A stretch of 64,000 nt of DNA from Candidatus Aminicenantes bacterium (lineage in GTDB: Bacteria > Acidobacteriota > Aminicenantia > UBA2199): NCBI GenBank assembly GCA_029938635.1, contig JAOZUQ010000003.1, positions 34,786 to 98,785 on the forward strand. Reading direction: 5' to 3'. Made by a program: the position numbers and the translations under genes. Positions 55,002 through 64,000 of the stretch are shown piece by piece (the first letter of the stretch is position 1; the number at the start of each line of letters is the position of its first letter). The notes beneath the pieces were generated by a model. It was not told the DNA's origin and did not search any database. It was given only the letters and a program-made list of their open reading frames with translations.

Positions 55002-56182
55002 ATATAGAAACTGGCTTCGAAACCGGTGACAAAATTCCGGGGAAAATATCTTTTATACTCACACTGGTATTTCTCTTCTCTATCAATTTTTCAATTGCAC
55101 TATGCTATATGGTTTTTCCTCTCCTTTTAATTTCAAGTTCAATCTGTTTTTTCAACAACGGTAGAAAAATAGTTTTGCCACCCTACTTTAAATATCTGGT
55201 AATCTTTTCCATCCTGACATTTATTTCCACAATTTTTTCTGTAGATAGAATTGCAAGTATTAAAGATAACAAAGAATTTTTTGTATATCTTCTGATCCCT
55301 GTATTCATCCTGACAATAAAGAGAGCTGCAATGTTCCGGATAGCTGTTCATACGGTTTTCTATTCAGCAGTTGTTTCATCTCTTATCGGCATCATGATCT
55401 CAGCCAGGGAAGGGATCTCACTTTCACACCGTTTAAAGGGATTTAGTTCACACTGGATGACCTATTCCGGGCTTCTTATGATGGTCTTCGTTTTTTTTGC
55501 AGTGTTTAATATTTATGAGAAGAACAAAAAAATGAAAATATTTAATTATATTTTATTGATCCCCGTATTAACATCTATACTGTTTTCACTGACAAGATCA
55601 ACATGGATCGGGATATTTGCCTCAATAGGTATTTTTTTCATATACTATTTTCGGAGCCGTCCCAGGATCCTGATAGTATCCGCCATTGTACTTTCCATCC
55701 TGTTCCTGATCCTCCCCGGTTCTATAAAATCAAGGATGTTCTCAATTTTCGACATTAACAATGTAACAAACAAGGACAGGCTGCATATGGCTTATACTGC
55801 ATTGCAGATTGTAAAAGAGCACCCTTTGACCGGAGTCGGTTCTGATAATGTAAAGAAAGTATATCCCAATTACAGGCACAAGAATGCGACTAAAAACAAT
55901 CCTCATCTTCATAACAATTTTTTTCAAGTAGCAGCAGAAAGAGGGATTTTCACACTGATCTCCTTTATTGTATTTTTTGTATCAATCTTCATAGGACTGT
56001 TCCGGAAAATCAAAAACGGTACCGTCCTGGAAAAGAGAGTCTCTTCAGCCGTATTGTTCATGCTCATTTCATTTCTCATTGCCGGAATGTTCGAATATAA
56101 CTTCGGTGATACTGAATTAAAATTCCTCTTATTATTCTTTATCTCTCTCCCCTATTTGAAAATTTATCAAATTGAGAATTAG
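54998..56182 (+). CDS. O-antigen ligase/polymerase family (Wzy_C) membrane protein
   Basis: 394 aa with about 10 TM, an LTRSTWIG motif and a periplasmic loop containing HLHNNFFQVAAERG. ATGA overlap with the upstream gene. Confidence 0.7.
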   Translation: MNIETGFETGDKIPGKISFILTLVFLFSINFSIALCYMVFPLLLISSSICFFNNGRKIVLPPYFKYLVIFSILTFISTIFSVDRIASIKDNKEFFVYLLIPVFILTIKRAAMFRIAVHTVFYSAVVSSLIGIMISAREGISLSHRLKGFSSHWMTYSGLLMMVFVFFAVFNIYEKNKKMKIFNYILLIPVLTSILFSLTRSTWIGIFASIGIFFIYYFRSRPRILIVSAIVLSILFLILPGSIKSRMFSIFDINNVTNKDRLHMAYTALQIVKEHPLTGVGSDNVKKVYPNYRHKNATKNNPHLHNNFFQVAAERGIFTLISFIVFFVSIFIGLFRKIKNGTVLEKRVSSAVLFMLISFLIAGMFEYNFGDTELKFLLLFFISLPYLKIYQIEN

Positions 56183-56272
56183 TATTCATATTCCTGAACA
56201 TTTCACTATGTCCAAGTACAGAATTATTTGATTTTAATTGCATTTTTATTTTTTCTTTTTTATCATTTATAA

Positions 56273-59200
56273 ATGAAGACCTTCAATTTATCCAAATGTA
56301 AAAGGGTCATCTATCTATCTTCCCTCATGATAATAATTAGTCTGATATTCACTTCATATAATATTTTCCCCCTTGATGCTTTGAAAAAAGTACACACATA
56401 TCCTGTGTCACAATGGGATGTGGATGACGGTCTTCCACAAAACTCTGTGATGTCCATCATTCAGGCCAGAAACAAATACCTTTGGCTTGGGACCGAGAGA
56501 GGAATAGTCAGGTTCGATGGAGTTAATTTCACCATATTTAATTCGGCAAAGAGTAAAAATATCAGAAACAACAGGACAACTGCTCTCCTCGAAGATCAGC
56601 ATGGGAACATCTATTCCGGAAGCCGTGGTGGAGGACTTAACAGGATCAAAAATGGAATTATTGAATGCCTCCTTAAAGAGGATGGCCTCGAAGATAATTT
56701 TATCCTCTCCCTCTTCGAGGATTCCCGGGGAGTAATATGGATAGGAACTTTTAAAGGACTTTCCAGAATAGATAAAAAAGGTAATCTCTCGATCTTCGAT
56801 CCCAATGGGAAATTTAAAAACAAAATCATCCTCGCATTGACTGAAACACCTGACGGAAGGATATGGATAGGAACATATAAAAGTGGTATCTATTCCATAT
56901 CCGGAGACAAGATCAATGATTATACAATTAAAAGGACCCGGGCTGATATTTCTATCAGGACATTTCTGGTAGACCACAAAGGAAGGCTCTGGGCAGGAAC
57001 GAACGGGAAGGGACTCGCTTACTTTACTGACAATAATTTTATCCGGTACAAGAACAATGCTCTCCTTTCAGGGCAAAACATATTTTCATTATTTGAGGAT
57101 AGTGATAATAATATCTGGATCGGTACTGCTCATGGACTTAACAGGTTGACTGAAGGGAAAATCTCAAAATGGAATGAAGAGAGCATCATGTCAAAAATTA
57201 TTGTCAGATCTCTCTTTGAAGACCACGAGGGAAGTATATGGGTAGGGACAAATACTCAGGGCCTTTTCCGTCTCATGGATGGAAAATTTAATTCTCTTTC
57301 TTTAGCAGACGGACTCAGTGCAGACAATGTGACATGCGTTTTCGAGGATAGTGCAGGCGGAATATGGATCGGAACTGATGGACAGGGACTAAATTATTTA
57401 AGATCTGACGGAGACGGTTTAATCAGAATATTGACTTCCGCTCAGGGGCTGAGCAGTAATTTCATTTATTCAATTACTGAAGATTTTGAAGGAGAAATAT
57501 GGGTTGGAACCAGTAAAGGGATCAATATTCTGGAAAGATCAACTCAGTTTGTCAAATCAGTTATAAACAGAAGAAACGGCCTCCCGAATAACATAATAAA
57601 TGTCCTTTACAGAGGAAACTACGGATCTGTCTGGGCTGGTACTTCAGGAGGGGGAGTAGTCCATTTTTCAGAAGGAAAGTCAATCACATATTCTACAGAA
57701 AATGGACTTTCAAATGACTTTATCCACTCTATATATGAAGACAAAGAAGAGCATATCTGGATTGGAACCTATGGAGGCGGAGTTGATCGCTTCAGCAATG
57801 GAAAATTCACTAATTATAACTCTGATTCCGGACTTTCCAATGAATTCATCTTTTCTATAACCGGAGATAAACAAGGGAACATATGGCTTGGTACCGGAGG
57901 AGGAGTAAATAGAATCCATAAAGGGAAAATAATCCCGATATCAGATAATGCTCCAATGTTCACAGACACGATCTATAACATCTTCATCTCTGAAAACAAC
58001 GACTTCTGGTTAACCTCAAGTATCGGATTGTTCAATATAAAAGGGTCAGACATGGAGAAATATTTGAAAGGAGTATTGGAAAATGTCCCATATCAATTGC
58101 TTAATTCCAAAGATGGACTTAATAGTGATGAATGCAGGGGCGGAGTACAACCTGCCGGATGGAAATCGATCACAGGTAAAATATATATCCCTACTACAAA
58201 GGGAATATCAATATTTGATCTGTCGAAAAAATTGAATAACTCATCCCCACCTCCGGTTTATATGGAGAAAGTTGAAGGGGATCATCCTTATACTATGGAA
58301 AATGGAATAGCTGTTTTCCCGGGGAAGACAAAAAAAATTGATTTCAATTTTACAGCATTAAGTTTCCTGGTCCCTGAGCGGATCAATTTCAAGGTGAAAA
58401 TGGAGGGATTTGATAAAGATTGGTCAGTCATAAAGGATACAAGAAACCGGATGGTATCGTACACAAACCTTTCTGCCGGGGAATACAAATTCAGAGTTAT
58501 TGCTTCGAACAGTGACGGCATGTGGAATAACACCGGAGCATTTTTTAAGTTCAAGATCCGCTCACTCATTTACACTTCACCTCTATTTTACTCTTTTATC
58601 GGTTTAATTTTCCTGATACTCCTGGTTTACTTTAATGTCCGCAGGATAAAAAACATAAGAGGAAGAGAATCAGAACTGAAACTTCAGGTAAACGAACGGA
58701 CAAAGGAGCTCAGATCATCCAATCTGAGACTGACAGAAGCAAATGAGCAGAAAAGTGAGTTGTTAAGCATGGCTGCTCATGACCTTAAAAATCCTCTGCA
58801 GGCAATAATCGGATTTTCTGAATTGATCAGTCTCAGGAAAGATTGTCCTGAGAATATTAAAAAGAACTCCCATCTTATACTTGAAGCATCCAGGGGAATG
58901 CTGGAGACCATAAACAATACACTTAATACCACTGTGATCAGAGAAGGAAAAGTGACTATTTCAAATGAAGAGGTCATAGACCTTAGTGAATTGTCCCGCC
59001 TCGTTGTAGAGATATATTCTGAATTTGCAAAAAAGAAGAACCAGATAGTTATTACAAGATTCTGGAGTGACTGCTTTATCAAAGGTGAGAAAGAGAGGAT
59101 AAAAATCGTAATTGAAAATCTTCTGAGCAATGCAATCAAATATTCTCCACTAAACAGAAATATTATCTTATCTGTAGAAAAACTCGGTCAAAATGTGGTC

Positions 59201-59449
59201 CTCTCAGTTAAAGATGAAGGAAGTGGATTTTCCGATGAAGATAAAAATAAAATGTTTGAAAAGTTTCGCAGATTAAGTTCCAAACCCACAGCAGGTGAAT
59301 CATCGACGGGTATAGGACTCTCTATAGTGAAAAAGATCGTGGAAATGCATAAAGGGAAGATCTGGCTGGAAAGTCAGGAGGGAGAAGGATCGATATTTTT
59401 CGTTAATTTCCCGGCCGTAGAACCTGTTGACACCTGGAAAGTGAAGTGA
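56273..59449 (+). CDS. Hybrid-architecture sensor histidine kinase with periplasmic two-component-regulator propeller repeats and a Y_Y_Y-like domain
   Basis: 1058 aa with a signal anchor and about 14 repeats of the W(I/V)GT..GL type. One TM (LFYSFIGLIFLILLVYF), H-box AAHDLKNPL, and N and G boxes (LLSNAIKYSP, GIGLSIVKKIVEMHKG). No adjacent response regulator. Confidence 0.85.
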   Translation: MKTFNLSKCKRVIYLSSLMIIISLIFTSYNIFPLDALKKVHTYPVSQWDVDDGLPQNSVMSIIQARNKYLWLGTERGIVRFDGVNFTIFNSAKSKNIRNNRTTALLEDQHGNIYSGSRGGGLNRIKNGIIECLLKEDGLEDNFILSLFEDSRGVIWIGTFKGLSRIDKKGNLSIFDPNGKFKNKIILALTETPDGRIWIGTYKSGIYSISGDKINDYTIKRTRADISIRTFLVDHKGRLWAGTNGKGLAYFTDNNFIRYKNNALLSGQNIFSLFEDSDNNIWIGTAHGLNRLTEGKISKWNEESIMSKIIVRSLFEDHEGSIWVGTNTQGLFRLMDGKFNSLSLADGLSADNVTCVFEDSAGGIWIGTDGQGLNYLRSDGDGLIRILTSAQGLSSNFIYSITEDFEGEIWVGTSKGINILERSTQFVKSVINRRNGLPNNIINVLYRGNYGSVWAGTSGGGVVHFSEGKSITYSTENGLSNDFIHSIYEDKEEHIWIGTYGGGVDRFSNGKFTNYNSDSGLSNEFIFSITGDKQGNIWLGTGGGVNRIHKGKIIPISDNAPMFTDTIYNIFISENNDFWLTSSIGLFNIKGSDMEKYLKGVLENVPYQLLNSKDGLNSDECRGGVQPAGWKSITGKIYIPTTKGISIFDLSKKLNNSSPPPVYMEKVEGDHPYTMENGIAVFPGKTKKIDFNFTALSFLVPERINFKVKMEGFDKDWSVIKDTRNRMVSYTNLSAGEYKFRVIASNSDGMWNNTGAFFKFKIRSLIYTSPLFYSFIGLIFLILLVYFNVRRIKNIRGRESELKLQVNERTKELRSSNLRLTEANEQKSELLSMAAHDLKNPLQAIIGFSELISLRKDCPENIKKNSHLILEASRGMLETINNTLNTTVIREGKVTISNEEVIDLSELSRLVVEIYSEFAKKKNQIVITRFWSDCFIKGEKERIKIVIENLLSNAIKYSPLNRNIILSVEKLGQNVVLSVKDEGSGFSDEDKNKMFEKFRRLSSKPTAGESSTGIGLSIVKKIVEMHKGKIWLESQEGEGSIFFVNFPAVEPVDTWKVK

Positions 59450-59484
59450 TAGAATTCATTTTGCTGTAAACGGGTGACAAAAAC

Positions 59485-60201
59485 ATGAAAACTCTCGAAG
59501 GGAAGGGCATGAGTATATCTTTTAAGAAGAGGAGAGTTGTAAATAACATTTCCGTTAAAGTTTGTTCGGGAGAAATCATTGGTCTCCTGGGCCCCAATGG
59601 TGCAGGAAAGACTACGACTTTTCACATGATCCTTGGAATTCACAGGCCTGAATCCGGGGAAATACTCCTTAATAATATCAATATTACAAAGTACCCTGTC
59701 TACATGAGAGCAAGATCAGGTATAGGATTCCTCCCCCAGGAACCATCAGTTTTCAGAGGTATGTCGGTAATTGACAATATCTATGCTGTGCTTGAACATA
59801 GAAAAGAAAAAAAAGAGGTGAAGATTGAGGAAGTTCTGGATGAGATGGGATTGTCAGATCTGAGAAACAGAAAAGCCTCATACCTTTCCGGAGGAGAAAG
59901 GCGTAGACTTGAAATCGCAAGATCACTTGTATTAAATCCGGATTTTTTACTCCTGGACGAACCCTTTGCCGGAATTGACCCGATACAGATCAATGAAATA
60001 AGGAAACTCATTCTATCTTTCAAGGAAAAAGGGTTGGGAATCATTATAACCGATCATAATGTAAGAGAAATATTGAAAATCACCGACAGGTCATACATAA
60101 TAAATAAAGGAGAGTTAATATTTCAGGGTAACTCTTTAGAGCTGATTTCAAACAAAAGAGTGAAAGAAGAATACCTCGGAAAAGAGTTCAGGTGGAATTG
60201 A
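59485..60201 (+). CDS. lptB: LPS export ABC transporter ATP-binding protein
   Basis: 238 aa with GPNGAGKTT, LSGGERRRLEIAR and LLDEPFAGIDP. Position immediately upstream of rpoN is the conserved lptB context. Confidence 0.85.
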   Translation: MKTLEGKGMSISFKKRRVVNNISVKVCSGEIIGLLGPNGAGKTTTFHMILGIHRPESGEILLNNINITKYPVYMRARSGIGFLPQEPSVFRGMSVIDNIYAVLEHRKEKKEVKIEEVLDEMGLSDLRNRKASYLSGGERRRLEIARSLVLNPDFLLLDEPFAGIDPIQINEIRKLILSFKEKGLGIIITDHNVREILKITDRSYIINKGELIFQGNSLELISNKRVKEEYLGKEFRWN

Positions 60202-61595
60202 TGGCGACGAAACTTGTATTGAAGACTCAGCAGAAACTGTTGATGAACCCTGTCATACACACATTCATCGGCTTCCTCCCATTAAGCAGAATCGAATTCC
60301 TGGATAAGATAAAAAACGAGATCGATTCAAACCCGATGCTTGAACTTGATGCACCGGAACCGGAAAAAGCAGAACCGGAAGCTACGAATGTTATGGAAAA
60401 GAAAATTGAAAGGGCTGATCAGTCACTTTTCAATACATATATAGAAGACGGGTTCCTCAGGAACAAAGATAAACTTGACAAGAACAGTGTTATTGAACTT
60501 TTCGGATCATCCCGGATCACACTTGCAGACCATCTTATCCAGCAAGCTCAGGTTCAGTTCACTGAGAAAGAACTGGAACTGGCAAAATATATAATCTACA
60601 ACCTGAAGGATGACGGTTACCTTGATTTCGAAGTGGAATCAGTTGCCTCTTCCCTCAATTCTACTCCTGAAGAAATAGAGAATATTAGAAATATCATTAA
60701 GACATTTGACCCTCGAGGAGTAGCTTCCAAATCCCTTTCTGAATGTTTGTTAAGCCAGATTGAAGAAATAGAAGAAAACAAAACCCTTATTCAACTGATC
60801 ACATACCATCTTGAAGATCTTTCAAAATCCAAGTTTTCCGGTATTTTATCAAAGCTGAAAATAGAAAATGAAGATTTAAACCTTATTATCAAGAGGCTCA
60901 AAAGACTTAATCCGAAACCCGGCTATGAATTTTCACAAAATGAAGTAGACTATGCGGATGTGGACCTGATCCTTGTGAAAGATCCCAAGAAAAATGATTA
61001 CCAGGTTAAATATGTGAATGATGGAGTTCCAAATATAGTTCTTTCTCAATATTATGATAACATGGCCGGGAAAGCTAAAGATAAGGAAACCAAAAACTAT
61101 CTTAAAGAAAAACTGAAGAGTGCCAGCCTGTTTATAGAAGGGACATCCCTTAGAAAATCAATGATCGAAAAAATCGCAGATTATCTTGTGAAAGCGCAAA
61201 AAGACTTTCTGGAATTTGGTGAAAAATGGAAGAAACCGCTGACCATGAAGAAAGTGGCGGATGATCTGGGGTTTAATGAATCAACTATTTCAAGAACTGT
61301 TAACAATAAATTTATTGCAACAGAGAATGGGATAGTAAGTCTTAAAAAATTTTTCTCTCACGGGATTAAAGGAGATTTCGGATTTATACATTCAGTAGAT
61401 ACAGTAAGAGATAAACTCAAAAATATAATTGAAGATGAGCCCAGGGGAAAGCCCCTCTCAGATCAGATACTCGCAGAAAAACTAAAGAACCTTGGGATCA
61501 AGATTTCAAGAAGGACAGTGAGGAATTACAGGGATGAGATGAATATTTTGAATTCATCGGAAAGAAAAGAGGAATATAAATTAAAAGGAGATTAA
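60201..61595 (+). CDS. rpoN: RNA polymerase sigma-54 factor
   Basis: Region I-like N-terminus (LKTQQKLLMNP), a core-binding region and an HTH. The C-terminal ESTISRTVNNKFIAT... and RRTVRNYRDEMNI resemble the RpoN box region. Start at the ATG at 60201, sharing one nt with the lptB TGA. Confidence 0.9.
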   Translation: MATKLVLKTQQKLLMNPVIHTFIGFLPLSRIEFLDKIKNEIDSNPMLELDAPEPEKAEPEATNVMEKKIERADQSLFNTYIEDGFLRNKDKLDKNSVIELFGSSRITLADHLIQQAQVQFTEKELELAKYIIYNLKDDGYLDFEVESVASSLNSTPEEIENIRNIIKTFDPRGVASKSLSECLLSQIEEIEENKTLIQLITYHLEDLSKSKFSGILSKLKIENEDLNLIIKRLKRLNPKPGYEFSQNEVDYADVDLILVKDPKKNDYQVKYVNDGVPNIVLSQYYDNMAGKAKDKETKNYLKEKLKSASLFIEGTSLRKSMIEKIADYLVKAQKDFLEFGEKWKKPLTMKKVADDLGFNESTISRTVNNKFIATENGIVSLKKFFSHGIKGDFGFIHSVDTVRDKLKNIIEDEPRGKPLSDQILAEKLKNLGIKISRRTVRNYRDEMNILNSSERKEEYKLKGD

Positions 61596-62150
61596 ATGAG
61601 TATTAAATTCACATCAAAGAATGTAAAGTTTCCGGGTGCATTAAAAGGGTATGCAGAAAAATCTCTAAAGAATATTGAAAAATTCAGTGGAGGAATAATT
61701 GATTCTGAAGTATTGGTAAGCGAAGAAAAGCATGGTTTTAAAATTGAGATAAATATTAAAACAAAAATGAACAACTATCACGTTGTATCAACCGAACCGC
61801 TGATAAAACAAGCCCTCAGGAATGCTCTGAATTCCATAAAAACTCAGGCAAAAAAAAATAAGGAAAAACTCAAGGGTGATAAAAGGAGAAGCAAAGGAAA
61901 TATCTTTCAGGGATTCTTTGGTGGAGATCAACCCGCGCCGGAGGCTAAGGACGAAAGTGGACAGGATAGGATCCAGATATCAAGGAACTATTCACAAAAA
62001 CCCCTCTCCCTCGAAGAGGCTGTATTTTTTCTGAAAGAAAGTGGTGAAAATGCTTATTTGTTTCTCAATGTTGAGACTGACAATATTGCCGTTGTATTTT
62101 TTACCAAAAATAATGAAATATCTTTAATTGACGCAAAAATAGAAAAGTGA
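61596..62150 (+). CDS. hpf: Ribosome hibernation promoting factor, long form
   Basis: 184 aa with an N-terminal S30AE/HPF fold pattern and a C-terminal dimerisation-domain-like PLSLEEAVFFLKESGENAYLFLN. Conserved position after rpoN. Confidence 0.85.
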   Translation: MSIKFTSKNVKFPGALKGYAEKSLKNIEKFSGGIIDSEVLVSEEKHGFKIEINIKTKMNNYHVVSTEPLIKQALRNALNSIKTQAKKNKEKLKGDKRRSKGNIFQGFFGGDQPAPEAKDESGQDRIQISRNYSQKPLSLEEAVFFLKESGENAYLFLNVETDNIAVVFFTKNNEISLIDAKIEK

Positions 62151-62614
62151 AGCTTTCAAATATAATTGATCAGGAACTTCTCCTGATAGAACTTAATTCT
62201 GACAACACAAATGAAGTTCTGAAGGAAATGACAGAGGTTCTAAAAGAGAAGAACAAAATATCAGACAGTAAAACAATCCTTATTAAGTTATTGGAAAGGG
62301 AAAAACTTGCATCAACATCAATCGGGAAAAATACAGCAATACCACATGCAAAGATAAGAGACCTGAAGAATCCGATCATTATGATTGCAATATGCAAAAA
62401 AGGATTTTTATACCACCCAAGTGATGAAGAGCCTGTGCATCTTATTATTCTTGTGCTTTCACCATCCGGAGCACCAGCATTGCATCTCCAGATACTTGCA
62501 GCTGCTGCATCTTTAATTAAAAAACCGGGAGATCTTATTGGAGAATTATTAAAAGCGAAGAACAATACTCAACTTGCGGAAACGATAATAAAATTTGAAG
62601 AAAAAAATGATTAG
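62147..62614 (+). CDS. ptsN: PTS EIIA(Ntr)-type regulatory protein
   Basis: 155 aa with the active-site His context STSIGKNTAIPHAKI. GTGA overlap with hpf. Confidence 0.85.
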   Translation: MKLSNIIDQELLLIELNSDNTNEVLKEMTEVLKEKNKISDSKTILIKLLEREKLASTSIGKNTAIPHAKIRDLKNPIIMIAICKKGFLYHPSDEEPVHLIILVLSPSGAPALHLQILAAAASLIKKPGDLIGELLKAKNNTQLAETIIKFEEKND

Positions 62615-63530
62615 ATCCAAAAAAGGAGTCGAAATAAGTAGTTTATTGAATGTCCCGGATATAAGCATAAAAAAAACCTTCAATGAGAAGTGGCTGAATA
62701 AAAAAATAACACATCCGGACACACAGAAACCCGGGCTGGCTCTGGCAGGATACATGGAATTTGTGAACAGAGGAAGCCTTCAAATATTCGGAAAAACTGA
62801 AACAGGATATTTGAACAGCTTGAAACCTGCTGAGTGTAAAAAAAGCCTGGATGGTTTTATTTCTTTGAAGCCTCCTGCTGTTATCATAGCTGAAGAACAG
62901 AAATTAAAACCTGCAATAATTGAGATACTTAATATTAACAGAATATCTGTTCTGGTCTCTGACCTGAAATCATCACTTCTGATATCAAGGACATCTTCAT
63001 TTCTATTCAAACACTTTTCAAAAAAAGTAAGGATCAATGGTGTCCTGATGGATATAATGGGACAGGGTATACTCATAAGAGGTGAATCAGGTATAGGGAA
63101 AAGTGAAACTGCAATGGAACTTATCAAGAAAGGGCATCAACTCATTTCTGATGACCTTATTGAATTCTATCTTGATTCAAATGACGAGCCAGTCGGGAAA
63201 TATATAGATTCTATAAAAAAATGGATTGAAGTAAGAGGTTTGGGGATAATAAACATTGTTGACATGTTTGGGTTTGGAGCAATGCTTGAAGAGAAGAAAC
63301 TTGATCTTGTTATCGATATGGAGAGCTGGGATCCAAAGAAAAAATATGACAGGCTCGGTGAAGAAAGTTTATATTTTCCGATCCTCGGCAAAGATATTCC
63401 AATGTTTAAACTGCCTGTATCTGTAGGAAGAAACCTTTCAACATTGATTGAAATTACTGTAAAATATTTCATATCCAGAAAAAGCGGAAGTGAATCATTT
63501 CTGGAACATTTAAACAGGGAAAAGAGATGA
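62607..63530 (+). CDS. hprK: HPr kinase/phosphorylase
   Basis: P-loop GESGIGKSETAMELIKKGHQLISDD and a downstream signature similar to IEVRGLGIINI. First ATG is at 62607; the track start at 62595 is a TTG. Confidence 0.9.
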   Translation: MIRSKKGVEISSLLNVPDISIKKTFNEKWLNKKITHPDTQKPGLALAGYMEFVNRGSLQIFGKTETGYLNSLKPAECKKSLDGFISLKPPAVIIAEEQKLKPAIIEILNINRISVLVSDLKSSLLISRTSSFLFKHFSKKVRINGVLMDIMGQGILIRGESGIGKSETAMELIKKGHQLISDDLIEFYLDSNDEPVGKYIDSIKKWIEVRGLGIINIVDMFGFGAMLEEKKLDLVIDMESWDPKKKYDRLGEESLYFPILGKDIPMFKLPVSVGRNLSTLIEITVKYFISRKSGSESFLEHLNREKR

Positions 63531-63961
63531 AGATAAAAGGTGTGATTATTACCCATGGAGAACTTGGGAAAGCAATTATAGATGTAGCTGACAGCATTCT
63601 CGAACGAAAGAGTGATATAGAATGCTTCAGGTTCGAATGGGATGAGGACGGGACAATAATTGAAAAAAAGATCAGGGCATTTCTGAATAAGAATAAAGAT
63701 TCAGGAATAATTATCTTTACAGATATGTTTGGGGGATCTCCTGCAAATCTAAGCCTCAGATTTAACAGGCCTAATTTAGAGATCATAACCGGGATCAACC
63801 TTCCGGGAATCCTGAAGTTCCTCACATATAAAGAAAAGAAGATCAGTTTTAAAGAATTATTAAAAATAGTAAGAGATGGTGCAAGGGACGGTATCAGTAT
63901 CATCAGTGAATACTTAGGAGACAGAAAAAATGGAAAAAGAAAAGATCAAAATAACAAATAA
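63527..63961 (+). CDS. PTS EIIA (mannose/fructose family) domain protein
   Basis: 144 aa with GVIITHGELG (phosphorylatable His near residue 10) and TDMFGGSP. ATGA overlap with hprK. Confidence 0.8.
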   Translation: MKIKGVIITHGELGKAIIDVADSILERKSDIECFRFEWDEDGTIIEKKIRAFLNKNKDSGIIIFTDMFGGSPANLSLRFNRPNLEIITGINLPGILKFLTYKEKKISFKELLKIVRDGARDGISIISEYLGDRKNGKRKDQNNK

Positions 63962-64000
63962 ATTGGGCCTTCATGCCAGAGCAGCAGCAAAGCTGTCTCA
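63930..64000 (+). CDS. ptsH: HPr/NPr phosphocarrier protein (5' part only; continues beyond the window)
   Basis: The ATG at 63930 gives MEKEKIKITNKLGLHARAAAKLS, the HPr His-15 region. Overlaps the end of the EIIA gene. Confidence 0.75.
   Translation, partial: MEKEKIKITNKLGLHARAAAKLS

Noticed and set aside
1-64000. Scan for CRISPR arrays, tRNA/rRNA genes, integrases/transposases and toxin-antitoxin pairs
   Set aside because: I could recognise no regularly spaced direct repeats, no tRNA-like GC-rich cloverleaf segments in any intergenic gap, and no recombinase or transposase motifs in any ORF. Absence is judged by eye only. tRNAscan-SE, Infernal and CRISPR finders should be run to confirm.

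Overview
This is a 64-kb, densely coding window from a low-GC bacterial genome. Hand counts of single 60-nt lines range from about 22 to 50% G+C, and housekeeping genes sit near 40%. An lptB-rpoN cluster, an O-antigen-ligase-like gene, a putative outer-membrane beta-barrel and lipoprotein signals suggest a diderm. The gene content looks like an anaerobic peptide/amino-acid fermenter: two-subunit class I fumarase, indolepyruvate:ferredoxin oxidoreductase (iorAB), a C69 dipeptidase, oligopeptidase B and a large S8 protease. I support about 57 CDS, several sigma70-like promoters (perfect TTGACA -35 boxes recur), three hairpin terminators, one pseudogene fragment and one inverted-repeat element. 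I recognised no rRNA, tRNA or CRISPR array. Conserved blocks are fumarase, metH-metF, iorA-iorB-acyP and lptB-rpoN-hpf-ptsN-hprK-EIIA(Man)-ptsH. The main finding is a seven-gene minus-strand operon at 36.8-42.9 kb that looks like an uncharacterised RiPP pathway. It encodes a 62-67 aa Cys-rich precursor candidate with a PqqA/lasso-like WxxPxL leader motif and a C-terminal Ser. It also encodes a class I SAM methyltransferase, three radical-SAM/SPASM enzymes (one fused to an HPr-kinase-like P-loop domain), a PqqD-like recognition protein and a signal-peptidase-type (S26B-like) protease with no N-terminal anchor. Secondary items are a bacterial eRF1/Pelota-like protein with GGW in place of GGQ, a 226-bp element bounded by perfect 30-bp inverted repeats, an orphan OmpH/Skp C-terminal fragment, and a sulfatase-fold lipoprotein with Thr at the nucleophile position. 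All functional calls come from motif recognition by eye on the supplied translations. No database search was run.
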